A stretch of DNA of 63,162 nucleotides. Source: Negaprion brevirostris (Eukaryota). The number at the start of each line of letters is the position of its first letter. Position 1 is the stretch's first letter. Under the pieces are notes generated by a model, which saw nothing but the letters and a program-made list of their open reading frames with translations, was not told the DNA's origin and did not search any database. Shown here piece after piece: positions 10,062 to 22,335 of the stretch. The stretch is taken from positions 31,585,164-31,648,325 of the forward strand of contig JARDVH010000133.1 in the NCBI GenBank assembly GCA_030324005.1, given 5' to 3'. Made by a program: the position numbers and the translations under genes.

Positions 10062-12270
10062 TCATACAGCATAGAAACCGGCCCTTCAGCTCACTATGTC
10101 TATACCGACTATCAAATACCAATCTACACTAATGCCGTTGACCAGCACTTGGTCCAAAGCCTTCTATATCTTGGCGATTTAAGTGCTCGTCCAGATGCTT
10201 CTTAAATATTGCAAGTGTACACTGCCCTCTCAGGCAGTGTATTCTATATTTCCACTATTCCCTGGGTGAAAAAAAAATGTTCCTCAAATCTCCTCTAAAC
10301 CACTTTCTCCTCACTGTAAACCTCTGGTCTTAAACTGTTCTGCCATGGGGAAAAGATTCTTACAATCTACCCTATCTATGCTTTTCAATTTTGTATATGT
10401 CTATCAGATCCCCCACTCAGCCTCCTCCAGGGAAAAGAGATCCAGTCTATGCAGTCTCATAGCTGAAACTTTCCATCCCAGGCAAGATGCTGGTGAATCT
10501 CTCCTGCACTCTCGCCAGTGCAATTACGTCCTTCCAATAGTGAGGCGACCAGAACTACTCGTAATATTCCATCTGTGGCCTAACCAATGCTTTATAAAGA
10601 CCTCCCTGCTCTTATATTCTATGCCCCAGCTAATGCCTTCTTCACCACCCTATCTACTTGAGCTGCCACTATCAGTGATCTACGGACTTGTAAACCGAGG
10701 TCCCTTTGTTCCTCAATAGTTCCGAGGGACCTATCATCCATTGTGTATATCCTACTCTTATTAAAGCTTCCAAATGCATCACCATAACTTATTAGGATTA
10801 AATTTCATCTGTCACTGCTTGCCTAATTTACCAGCTGATAGTACCAGTCTGTAGCCTAAATATTCCCTTCACTATCAACAATACCACCAATTTTCATATC
10901 ATCTACAAATTAATTATGCCTTCTACATCCACATTCAAGTCGTTAATGTATGTAACAAACAACAAAGGTTCCACCACCAATCCATGTGGTACACTGCTGG
11001 TCACAGACTTCCAATAAGATAAGCAACTCACTGCCATCACAGTTTGCCTCTTATTAACAAGCCAATTTTGGATCCAATTTTCTAAATTGCCTTGGATTCC
11101 ATGAGCTCTAACTTTTGGACCATCCTTCCTTGTGAGACCTGGTCAAAAGCTTTACTGGATTTCATGTAAATCACATCAATTACACTACTTCATCAATATA
11201 TTTAGTTACCTCTTCAACAAATCAGTTAAATTAGTTGGATAGGATCTCCCACTAACAAATCCATGCTATCCCTGATCATACCCCACCTTTCCAAGTGTTG
11301 ATTAATCCTGTCCCTCATAATTTTAATCCAATAATTTCCCTACCACTAGCATGGCATGATGGCATAGGGGTTAGCACTGCTGCCTCATTGCAACTGTCAA
11401 ATACCAATCTATACTAATGCCATTTACCAGCACTTGGTCCAAAGCGAGTGTACCTGCCTCCATCACCCTCTCAGGCAGCGTATTCTACATTTCTACCATT
11501 CTTTGGGTGAAAAAACCTCTGATCTTAATATTGCAATCTATATGTCTTAAGGTGAGAAAACATGAAACTGGTCGATAAGCAATGAGATGGAGAAACCATT
11601 GGGTTTAATTGGGTTGGGTCACTGTCTATGTGAAGTTTGCATGTGCTCCCCGTGTCTGCGTGTGTTTCCTCTGGGTGCTCTAGTTTCCTCCCACAGTCCA
11701 AAGATGTGCAGGTTAGGTTAACTGGCCATGCTAAATTGCCCCTAGTTTCAGGGAGATTAGCAGGTTATGGGGATAGGGTGAGATTGTTGTCAGTGCAGGT
11801 TCAACAGGCTGAATGGCCTCCTTTTGAACTATAGGGATTCTACGATTCTAAGTGAGCCGGACTAACTGGGCTGTAATAACTTGGCTTATACCTACTGCCC
11901 TTCTTGAATAAAGGCAGCACATTAGCTATCCTCCCGTCAGTTAGCATGTCACCTGTAGCCAGCAAAGATTTAGAGATCTCCATTAGTGCTCCTGCAATCT
12001 CTTCCCTTGCCTCCATACACCTCATCAGGCCCTGGGGATTTGTCCACCTTTATGCCTGCTAAAACATCTAATATCTCCTCCTTATTAATCTTAATATGCT
12101 GTACTACTTCACCGTCCCAATGAAATCTCCAGCTACAATGTGATTTTCCTCAGTGAATACAGATGAAAAATATTCATTTCAGTCCTTGTCCTTTGGCCCT
12201 ATGCACAGATTGCCCTTTTGATCTTTAATGGGCCCCCACTCTTTCCTTGATTACCCTCCTACACTTAATG
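10062..12270 (-). mobile_element. CR1 LINE (degenerate), interrupted by an HE1 SINE at 11349-11850
   Basis: ORF 11840..12025 IANVLPLFKKGSRYKPSYYSPVS is a CR1 RT N-terminal motif; CR1 3' end near 10065. Confidence 0.8.
11349..11850 (+). mobile_element. HE1-type V-SINE carrying a ~205-bp patchwork insertion in its head
   Basis: Head at 11349-11390; body resumes ~11600 (GGGTCACTGTCTATGTGAAGTTTGC); tail GATTCTACGATTCTA. Confidence 0.85.
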
Positions 12271-15200
12271 TTGTTATGCTGACAATAGGCATGCTTGGAG
12301 TTCAATTCATCAATTATAGGCTTGTTTTCATGTTTAAAAGAACTAAGGCTGCCAAACAGTGATCTGTTATTTGTGTCTTTTTTTTATTTTTGTGGCTTGC
12401 ATTGTAGATTTGAAATAATCAATTATGGACTTGTTTTCATAATTTACAAAACAGTGAGTAATGATATATGTACTTGTACTTTTTTGGGTTTCTGTACTCT
12501 GCATTATGGATTTGAACTCATTAATTACTAGCTTTTTTCATAAGTTAAAAGGCACTGCAGCAGTGAATTGTATACTTTTCTCTATTTTTTGTGGCTGGCG
12601 TTGCGTAAGCAGAGATTGTATTGAGGCGGGGCTCAGCATCATTAAGAGGTGGGACTTGATGTCATTGGGTGTGGAGCACCACGTCACCAGGGGATGGTGT
12701 AACATCATGGGGTCCCCCGTCATTAAGCAGATTGTGGGACCCCCACAAATGCAAGTCCACCTCTGCTCAGACCTGAACTAGTTCCAGCTATGACTTGTTG
12801 AGTTGAAGTAATCTTTGCTACTCTACTTGTATCCTAACCATTCATCAGCTTCATTTGATTCTTCCCAACTTACTTCTTCTTTATGAATCTCTGAAGCTAA
12901 AACATGATCTATGTAGAAATATAACACACTACCAAATACCCTGACCAGGGCTGGTGTGTTGCCTACCAGGGGCTGGGGTCCGGGAGGTATCGGACAGGGT
13001 NNNNNNNNNNNNNNNNNNNNNNNNNNNNNNNNNNNNNNNNNNNNNNNNNNNNNNNNNNNNNNNNNNNNNNNNNNNNNNNNNNNNNNNNNNNNNNNNNNNN
13101 TTTAAAAGCTGGTCGGCGCAACATCGTGGGCCGAAGGGCCTGTTCTGCGCTGTAATGTTCTATGTTCTATGTTAAATATGTGAGGACCACATTTTTGTGA
13201 CTCTTCCTGATAGCCACTTTAACTATTTATGAAGATGATCTTTCACCTTAACCTTCTGGTTTAACTTCAAACTTTGTTTTCTCATTCTACTCCTATCATG
13301 GTTCTCTTTTTGACTAGATTGTTGCTCCTTTACTGCCCCTTTGACCTGTAATGGGACCCCGCTCTTTCCTTGGTTATCCTCTTGCTCTTAATATACTACT
13401 TCAAGCTGACAACAATTGGATTTCAATTCTCTCAATTATAGGCTTGTTTTCATATGTTAAAAAGAACTAAAACTGCGAAGCAGTGATTTGTTATTTGTGT
13501 ATTTTTTTGTATTTTTGTGGCTTGCATTGTAGATTTGAATTAATCAATTACTCTTTTTTTGACTAGATTGTTGCTCCCCTATTGGCTGTGCTACATGTGG
13601 CTTCAACCATTAAAATCTCATCCTAAGCTGTCTTCAAAGAATCAATTCAGCTGACATTCAGCCAGTACTGCAAGGTGTGTTACAATAAATAAACAAAAAA
13701 TTCCCAGTTTGTGATTCAATGAGAACTGACATTCCAACTTGTATCTAAGAATTATTTAACATGAGCACACTTAACAATTTATACTGTACGCTCTGCTGCT
13801 CCAGGATGATAGGGTGGAACTCGTGTGTTTTACTCCAATTATTCTCATGAATTTTACAAACTTATGAACAAAACTGAAATCTGCTGTTGGTCACAGTTTC
13901 CTCCAGGAACCAATAAGCAACAAACAAACCATGAAAAATATCCAGTCTGCTGGTGGCCTGATCCATCAGAAACTGGTTCAAAACATTATCTATCACCAGG
14001 AATAGCTGTTGTTCTTCAAATTCTGCAAGATTTGTGCATAGCCTTTGCTACAGTCTAGTTGGCCATTTCCTTGGTTGCAAAAGTACCAATAATGGCTTCT
14101 TTTCTACTGCTTGGCATGTTCTGCACTGTTTCATTGCATCTTCTTTGTCTTTACTTAAAGTTGGCCACCAAAGATAGCTTCTTGCTAGATTCTTTGTTAA
14201 GCTCCTCCCAAAGTCTTGATTATGAAGATTAGGTAGCAACTGCAATCTGCATTACACAGGAATTGCAATTCTGGCTCTCCAAAGAAATGCAACCTTTAAA
14301 CACTGACACCTCATTCTACTGCATAAAAATAGTCCAATTTCTAAATCCAGTATTTGTGTTGGTCACCCATTTGCAATATAGTATATATACCCTTGCTAAC
14401 ACAGGATTCCTATGGGTTATTTTATCAATATCATCAGCTGTTCCTTGCAACTCATTAATGTGTGAAAAGAAAACATCTTCCATGTTGTCTATAACTTGGA
14501 TGGGAGGCTTATCTACACAGTGCATCAGCATTACAATGTCTGAATTTAACATTGTACTAAAAGTAGACCAAATCAAAGCCCACATCTATAGTTGGGCTGC
14601 GGCTTAGGTGTGTCCTGGAATTCAATGCAGCTGTCCTTGGCTTATAATCAGTTTAGATCATGAAACTATAACCATAAAAGCATTTATGAAATATTCTGAA
14701 GTCAAAAGTCAAAGATAATGCTTTATCTTTAGAGCATAACTTCACTCACTGGCACGAGTGTGACGGTACGTGAGTGTAATGCAATCGATCTCATCTGATC
14801 CAACACAGAGATCACAGCACCTCGGCATCACGTGCTGGATTAATCTTTTTGAACACATTGTAATGTTCAAGCATTCTACCATCTTCCAATTTACGACATA
14901 TCTTGGATGCTTTGTCACATTCCTATGTCCAATTTCACAGAACATCCTTTCTCCACTATTCAATAAGGTTGCCAAATTTGATAACAATTTATTATACAAT
15001 TAAGTAACCCCCAAAAAGATCCGAGTCCAGAGATATGCTGAGATGTGGGACACTTTTTACAGCTTGAAACCTACTTTTGGTAAGATGTAACCCATGTTTC
15101 TCTCCCCTCTGACCCAAATATTCTACAGAATTTTTAAGCACGTCACATTTGCCTTTGCCCAAACTCTACACTTTTCAAAACACTGGAGCACTTTTATCAG

Positions 15201-15674
15201 CCGTGCATCATGGGTCTATCTGTCTGGAGCTCAAACAAGTACATCATCCAAATGGCATACTGCTCCTGGAATTCATTGCAAAATTTGGTTGATAATCCCT
15301 TGAAACTTCCAAACAGCAGCCTGAAGTAGACTGTATTAATGACTTAGACTCATCATCTAACTGAAGTTGTGGACAGATGTTTATCAGATATAACTTTTGA
15401 AAAAATGTGGCTTCATGACAACATTGTGAACAAATCTCCCACATTCGACAAAGTAACAGGTAGATTACGTACTAGTACCTGATTTACCTTGCAATCACCA
15501 CATTATGATTTAGTCCAAAGCCAAAAGTTTTTGGTAAGATCCACTTAGGGAACTGCATATCTGCCTAAATTGGTTTATTCCTGGTTTGATTTATATATAT
15601 GAGAGTACTGTTACACGTGTCAGGATTAAACATGAATACTATTTGTACAATAATAACCAAGTATAACCAAGAAA

Positions 15675-16065
15675 CTACAAAGGGTCAAGAACGAAGCCCA
15701 GTCCATCAGTCAAACCAGCTTCCCATCCATTGACACTCCTTGCGAAAAGCAGCCAGAATAATTAAGGACCCCATGCACCTCATACTCTCTTACACCTTCT
15801 ATCAGGAAAAAGATACAGAAGTCTGAGATCACGTACAACCAATTCAAGAACAGCCTCTTCCCTGTTGCCATCAGACTTTTGAATGGACCTATCTCTTATT
15901 AAGTTGATTTTTCTCTACACCCTAGCTATGACTGTAACACTATATTCTGCACTCTTTCCTTTCCTTCTCTATGAACAATATGCTTTGTCTGAATTGTGCC
16001 CAAGAAACAATATGTTTCACTGTATGTCAAAATGTGACAATAATAAATCAAATCAAAATCAATAA
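15675..16065 (+). mobile_element. Rex1/Babar LINE 3' end
   Basis: Remnant SGKRYRSLRSRTTNSRTAS resembling the Rex1 C-terminal LPSGRRYRS..RFKNSF motif; tail AATAAATCAAATCAAAATCAA. Confidence 0.75.
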
Positions 16066-16669
16066 AGTATAAAACAGTTGATATGAATTCAGAGGGCATG
16101 GATTCTGCCTGTCCAATCTCCTGAGCTTTAACGTGGAAATGGCAACCCAGGTGGAAAGTGACAGGCCGGAAATTTAGTTTTCCTAATCTTCCAAAAGGCA
16201 TTTGATATATGTCTACTATTGAACTCAAAATATTAGGCAATGGATAAGAAATTGTTTCCTAACCTTTAGCTGCTGAGCACCAGAGCTTGGCTTTAGGGCA
16301 ATTACTATTACCAATTTACATGAATTACTTTGTTACAGTCACCACATATCAATACATTTTAAAAAGAAACTTGAACTCCCAGTTAATAGCTGAAAGGCTG
16401 ACAGGATTTCACGATTTTAAGACTTTTACTACAAAAAAAGACTATAAATACTTACGAATTAAACACCATTTTTGGAAGCAACTTATACCAACTTAATGCA
16501 TAAAACAAGAACATTCCACTTTTTCTATTAGCACAACTAAAANNNNNNNNNNNNNNNNNNNNNNNNNNNNNNNNNNNNNNNNNNNNNNNNNNNNNNNNNN
16601 NNNNNNNNNNNNNNNNNNNNNNNNNNNNNNNNNNNNNNNNNNCTCACTTCAAAAATTTTTAAAAAAATT

Positions 16670-17130
16670 AATTTGTTTATGAGATGCAGGGATCACTGGC
16701 AAAGCCAGTATTTCCTGCCCCTCCGTAATTGCCCTCGTGTAGGTAGTGGTGAGCTGCCTTCCATGTGGTGTAGGTACAGCCATGGTGCTACTGGGGAGGG
16801 AGCTCCAGGATTTTGAACCAATAGCTGTGAAGGAAAGGCAATATAGTTCCAAATCAGAATGGCGTATAACTTGGAGGGGAACTTGCAGGTGGTGGTGCTT
16901 CCTTGCATTTGCTACCCTCATCCTTCTAGGTGGTAGAGATTACGGTTTGGAATGTGTTGTGGAAGGAACTTTGGCAAATTACTACAGCGAGTCTTTAAAT
17001 GACACACACTGCTGCCATTGTGTGGTTGTGGGAGTGAGTATTGATGTGGTAGATGGGGTTAAAATCAAATGGTTTGCTTTATCCTAGATGGCATTGAACT
17101 TATTGAATGTTGTTGGAGCTGCACTAAAGC
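16670..17130 (-). mobile_element. 3' end of the CR1/L2-group LINE family seen at 71-1250
   Basis: Shared segments (CACACTGCTGCCATTGTG, TGTTGGAGCTGCAC) with 71-230 and 52900-53200. Confidence 0.7.
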
Positions 17131-17822
17131 TATACTTCACATTTTCCTTTCTGTGGTCAGTGAACTGAGGCTGGAAACTTTTAATCCCACCACTACCCTG
17201 TTCATTCCCGCCACTACCCCCCCACCACCCCCAAGATATTCTTCCTCTAACGCAAGCCAGGAGCATCTTCCAGCTTCATTTTAATTCTTTGTGAATTTGG
17301 TTTTTTTTCAGTCTGACTGTGAGCTGCACCCACATTCCTGCCTGGGGAACCACAGCGTCTTGCTGCCGATCGCTGCTTTCCCTCTCCTGGATCCCGGCAG
17401 ACTAAGTTGTCAGGGAAATCTTAAGACCCTTGTCCTCTCAAGGTCCACCTCCATGGCAACATGAATTACAGGAGGCCTTGCATCCAAATCCTTTGGGACC
17501 CCAACTTTCTTTTCTAACACGAATAAATGGACAATTTAAAGCACAACTGTTTACATCCCAACACTGGAGACTCTCAGTCTATTATCTATAAACACACAGG
17601 CAGTTGCCATTCTCTCAAAGTGTAAACACTTTGCACCTTCTTCGCAACAAAATAATCTGGGCCCTCTTTAACCTCTTAGAATCAAACCACATGCTGCCAG
17701 GCAGGTTTGAGAACTGGTCACATAACTCTAACTTCACAGTCAGAAAACAATCTTATAAACCTCCATTCACAAACACATTGAAAAGTGGTCAAGTTTGCAG
17801 ACGGGCCGGTGAATTTGAACTA

Positions 17823-18130
17823 GGTAAAAAGTCTGACACCAGGTTTCAGTCCAACCGATTTATTTGATAGTAAATTCACTAGCTTTCGGGTTAGCCCCTT
17901 TGTCAGGTGAANNNNNNNNNNNNNNNNNNNNNNNNNNNNNNNNNNNNNNNNNNNNNNNNNNNNNNNNNNNNNNNNNNNNNNNNNNNNNNNNNNNNNNNNN
18001 NNNNNNNNNNNAAGGGGCTAACCCGAAAGCTAGTGAATTTACTATCAAATAAATCAGTTGGACTGAAACCTGGTGTTGTCAGACTTTTTACTGTGTTCAC
18101 CCCAGTCCAACGCCGGCATATCCACATCAC
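17823..18130. mobile_element. Penelope-like element: inverted terminal repeats flanking a gap, with 12-bp TSD
   Basis: 17823-17900 is an inverted copy of 18012-18092; GAATTTGAACTA directly repeated at 17811-17822 and 18131-18142. Confidence 0.8.
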
Positions 18131-20479
18131 GAATTTGAACTAAGCAGCTCATGAATTACAGAATGAGTTCACTAAAATTTTTAAGTTGGGAGCACAATGG
18201 CAGATGAACTTCATTGCTGATAATGAGATGAACTGCAATTAGGGAAACATTGCCTACATAATTAATAAATAAATTCTTATCTACTCTTTAGTTCTTTGAA
18301 ACTGCAAAGGCAGTTTGCAGAACTGTTTTTGGGTAGTAAAGATTCACCAGTTAAAATTGATATTTCAGAAAAAGGTAAACTTAACCACTCCCTGGTTTGA
18401 CAGGTCAACCAGATGAATGGATTCAGCAAAGGCTGTGGGCCCTGAAAACATTGACCATCTTAACATTTGTTATTTCTGTTCACATGTTGAAATATTGACA
18501 TTGTTGAGGATGACTCAGTCCAGCAGGCAAAGCAAATTATAAGTGGTGTATTTTTTGGGGCAAATGAACCATTGCACTGAGGTTGATTTGTATCTTAAGC
18601 AAGGGAAATTTTGTTACATTGGAAGCCTAGATAATAAGCCCGAGAAATTTGACCACACAGCACCTAAATAAATACTCAGACACTAAATGGTTTCCCAAAC
18701 TTCCAATATAGTGGGTAAGAAGTGTAAACACAACACAAGCTGAAATTGTGGCATCTATTAGGAGAGGCCAAAAAATCAGCATTCACTGCTTGAATGGCGT
18801 TAGGCCATTTATATTTGCAAATAATAGGCTTAACATCTGTTCATGGGCCATCCCTACAAGATTGGTTTGTCTTGAGGCTCAAAACTAACTGCACTTGTGA
18901 AAACTGGGTGTACAAATGGACTAACTGATGGCACTAGCCTCAATTGAAAAGCCAGGTTTCTAAAATATACATATCCAAATGTAAAGATGGAGGAGTAGGA
19001 ATGCCCGGATTGCTATCATTACCTCCCCCAAAACCATTCCTATTTCCCCTCTAACCTAGTCACTTCATCCCAATCCACTTTAATTACTTACTTGCGGCAT
19101 GCTGCGAGCATTGCAGCTGGCAGTTTCCCAACCTTCTTTGCTCATGATCACAGGAGCATTCAGTTTCCATATTTCCTTGGATCAGAAACTTGCACCTTTA
19201 TGTACGTGACATACGAGGAGCAGCATGCCATACAATTAACAATTCACTCTTTTACTGAAACAGAGGGTTTGAAGAAGCCCACCATACATCTTGCACTCCC
19301 TGAAAATGCAGAAAATACCACGCTATAAGACCGCTTGTTCAGGCTAAATCTAATGATCAAATTTATTTACACCATATTTAATTACACAGAAGCAAGAGAT
19401 TATACAGCCGATAATTTGCAATACAAAGCTTGATTTACATACTACTTTAAACTTCCTGTATCCAAAATAATAGTTTGAAATCAGATTCCTTTATGGAATT
19501 ATTTTAATGAGTCTTTAACGATCATAATGTGGGTACATCTCTGCCTCCTGCAGTTGTCTCATTCATGTGAATCAGAAACAAATGACTAAAATTGGAGGAG
19601 CAGAATAGGGAAAGTTAAGCACACTTGTACTTTGATACACTGAACGTTGCCATTCAAGAAGAAAGCAGTTTTTCTGCACTCAGCATGTTCCTTTGAAGAA
19701 ACCCTTCAATTTTTTTTCCCTCAGGAGCCTGGTAATTATACAAACAATTATTTCTATCACTTAAAATGATAGGATGTGGACAACAGTCTATTAGCTGACT
19801 TTAGATCAGGACTAAATACTTTGGAATCATCACCTGCCATGAAACCCTCTTAATAACTGTAGTAATCTTAAACAAGCTCTTTCACTGCTATAGTGAAATA
19901 TTAGCACACATTACAATTTGAGCAGCCTGAGGTACAAGCCAAAGAAATCCGATTAAATTCTGGTTACAGACCAATAACAGGTTGCTTGCCCTTAGGACGA
20001 ATAGCTATCACTGTAAGGATGACATACTTATACCATGCAAGGACAAAATAATTTATCTTGAAGTGCAGCCAAAAGATTTGTTTTAAAATCACATTATTTT
20101 GACATGTCAAAAGCTCATATGAAAAAGATATAATTGTAATTTTATGATTTAAAAACTAGACTTTGCATCTGTCATGTACAATCCTGTGGAAGGTGCTGAA
20201 CAGTGTTCTTACTCTGGCTTTCCAATTGTTTCAAATTTAACATAAACCATTCCTGCAGTGTGATACTTGAATAGAAACACATAAGGTGCCCTGACGTCCA
20301 AGGATATAACACAAATATTTTAATCCAGTGCATAATCAACTAGATATTTGATTGAATCTCTGCCCTCACAAGAGTATTTATAGGTCTTGCAGAATTCCTG
20401 CAGAACGATTAGAAAGCATTAATTCTGTTGTTACTTACGTATTCCTTATAATGAAGGAAAAACATCAAATGTCTCTTCA

Positions 20480-21870
20480 CAGAGTGGCAGTTGGCCTGAA
20501 TGGGAGTAAGGAAGAGTGAAAGAAAATGGGAGCAATTATAATTGGAAGGACAGATGTGAATAAAGTTTTGAAGTTGGGAGAGATATGGTAAAATAGATGG
20601 ATTTGCAAAGAGAACTGTAGAGTCTTGGAGAAAATTGTATAAAGATTGATCATGAGTAATAAGTAGGATGCCCGGGAGGCTAACAGAAAGATGGGGGGTG
20701 TGAGCAAAAGGTAAACTGCAGCATGGCCAAGAATTTGTTAACTAGGACAAGGCTTTTGAAACTGATGGACTGGCAGATGCACAGATATTTATAAAGATAA
20801 ACAAATGAAATTTACTGTGAGATAGAAGGTTGACAAACGAGTTTTTGAAGAATTAGAAATACAAGCAGAATGTTAGAAATTACAAACATAGAGAAGGTTT
20901 TTATCAACTTTTATGATCAGATAGAAAGATGATATTTCAGGGGTTAAAATAGATTTTTTTTAATTGAACTGAATTTAAAGCTCAACTTGGATGAATGAAC
21001 AGTTTACGCACAATTGGATTCATCTTGAGGTATCAGTTAGAAAGGGAGGTTGGGATAAGGGGGCAAAAAGTGCTTGGTTTTTGGGTGAAATCAAAACTGG
21101 GAGGCGGAGGGTGGCATTTTAAGGCCTTGCTCATCCTGAAACCATAAAATCTCACCCAACCTCAACAGACCTTTTCATTGTCTGCCCCCACTTCAATTCC
21201 TGGGGCGGGCAGTAAAATTCCAATGTGGATCTTTTTTGTCTTGGTAATATTAAATGCAGGAAGATTTTGAAGAGTCATGCACACATCAACACTGCTGGAA
21301 TTAAAGGTGAGCTTGAAGAGGTAAAGCTGGGTATCATTTGTATTATATATGAGAATTAATTGCACGTATATTGTCTAGTATTCCCAATATGTGATATTAC
21401 CACTTAGATGATGACTGGGGATTGTGCAAAGGATGGGAATTTGGGATACTCTGGCAGAGATTGCAAAGATGCAAGAAATGCTGACTAAAGTTGGATAGAT
21501 AGGAATGGAATCAATGATGATGATGCTTTGTAGTTGTATTAGAGGCTCAGGCAGCCTAGGAAGACAACATGATCAACCCTACTGAAAAACAGGGAGTGAT
21601 TGAAAAGGGATAATGGACTTCTAATTGCGATCAAGCATGAGGATTGCTGCAGTCTTAGTGAAGGTAGAAATCAGGCTAAAGGTGCTTAGACATGAATTGA
21701 TGGGAAAAGTAAGACCAGAGACTGATAATAATGATACATTAGAGGACATTAGAAAGGAAGGGAAAGTTGGAGATGCAATAGTAGTTGATGTAATGCAGGA
21801 GTTGAAGGTGGGCTCTTTAAGGGGTAATTTATGACAGGAGTTCTGAAAGAATATATGGTCAAATGAAAGG
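20480..21870 (-). mobile_element. Highly degenerate L2-like LINE remnant
   Basis: Purine-rich plus strand typical of antisense L2; remnant YNTNDTQLY (ORF 21162..21365) resembles the YADDTQLY motif. Confidence 0.5.
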
Positions 21871-21934
21871 GAGCAGTTAACAATGTTAACAAAAACCAGA
21901 CTTGGGTTGAGGAAGCAACCTTTCAGTCTCTGTA

Positions 21935-22335
21935 CCAGCTGTGGCCAAGTTAGTAGCATTCTTATCTATGAGTGGTATGTGTTCATGTATCACTCCATAG
22001 ATGTAAGCATAAAATTTAAGTTGACACTTCAGTGCAGCAATGAAGGAGTGCTGAACTACCAATGCACCATCTTTAAGATGAGATGTAAAACCAGGATCCT
22101 GTCTAGCCTCTTCGGTTGACCAAATATACCATGGCACTATTTTCAAAAGCCTCAGAGGAATTTCTCTTGTGTTCTGGTCAATATTTATATTGAACCAACA
22201 TCAGAAAACAGATTAGCTGGTCATTCATAGATTGCTGATTTTGGAAACTTGCCATGCAAATTAGATGCCATATTCTCTATAGCAGTGACACATTTCAAAA
22301 GTACTTAAATGGCTGTGAAGCACTTTGGATGTAAA
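21935..22335 (+). mobile_element. Deu-domain SINE (SacSINE1-like)
   Basis: TGACACTTCAGTGCAG..GGAGTGCTG, CCATGGCACTATTT, GTTCTGGTCAATATTTAT, ACAGATTAGCTGGTCATT and L2-like tail TGTGAAGCACTTTGG; sister copies at 45320 and 58393. Confidence 0.7.

Larger units (their letters stand above)
5246..12765 (+). mobile_element. Fossil hAT DNA transposon (DUF4371/ZMYM1-like transposase) with nested insertions
   Basis: Remnant peptides EVKDAKYYFILVDSTSDVSHVDQLTFILRY (~6900-6995), PCALFIPSSSHSLN (~7880-7925), AAFPNVETILKIFLSIPV (~9100-9155), NYLRCTMSQE (~9510); TIR-like ends AAGGGGTGGATTTACA and TGCAAGTCCACCTCTG; flanks CTCAGGTC (5238-5245) and CTCAGACC (12766-12773) fit an 8-bp TSD. Confidence 0.8.
4871..15615 (-). 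mobile_element. Degenerate Gypsy LTR retrotransposon split by the hAT insertion
   Basis: Polypurine tract AGGGGGAGGAG followed by TGTAA near 4987-4998 (minus); integrase Zn-binding remnant LARSYLWWPTLSKDKEDAMKQCRTCQ (ORF 14048..14245); RT remnant QLQLDDESKSL (ORF 15244..15444); joining the two halves is an inference. Confidence 0.6.
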
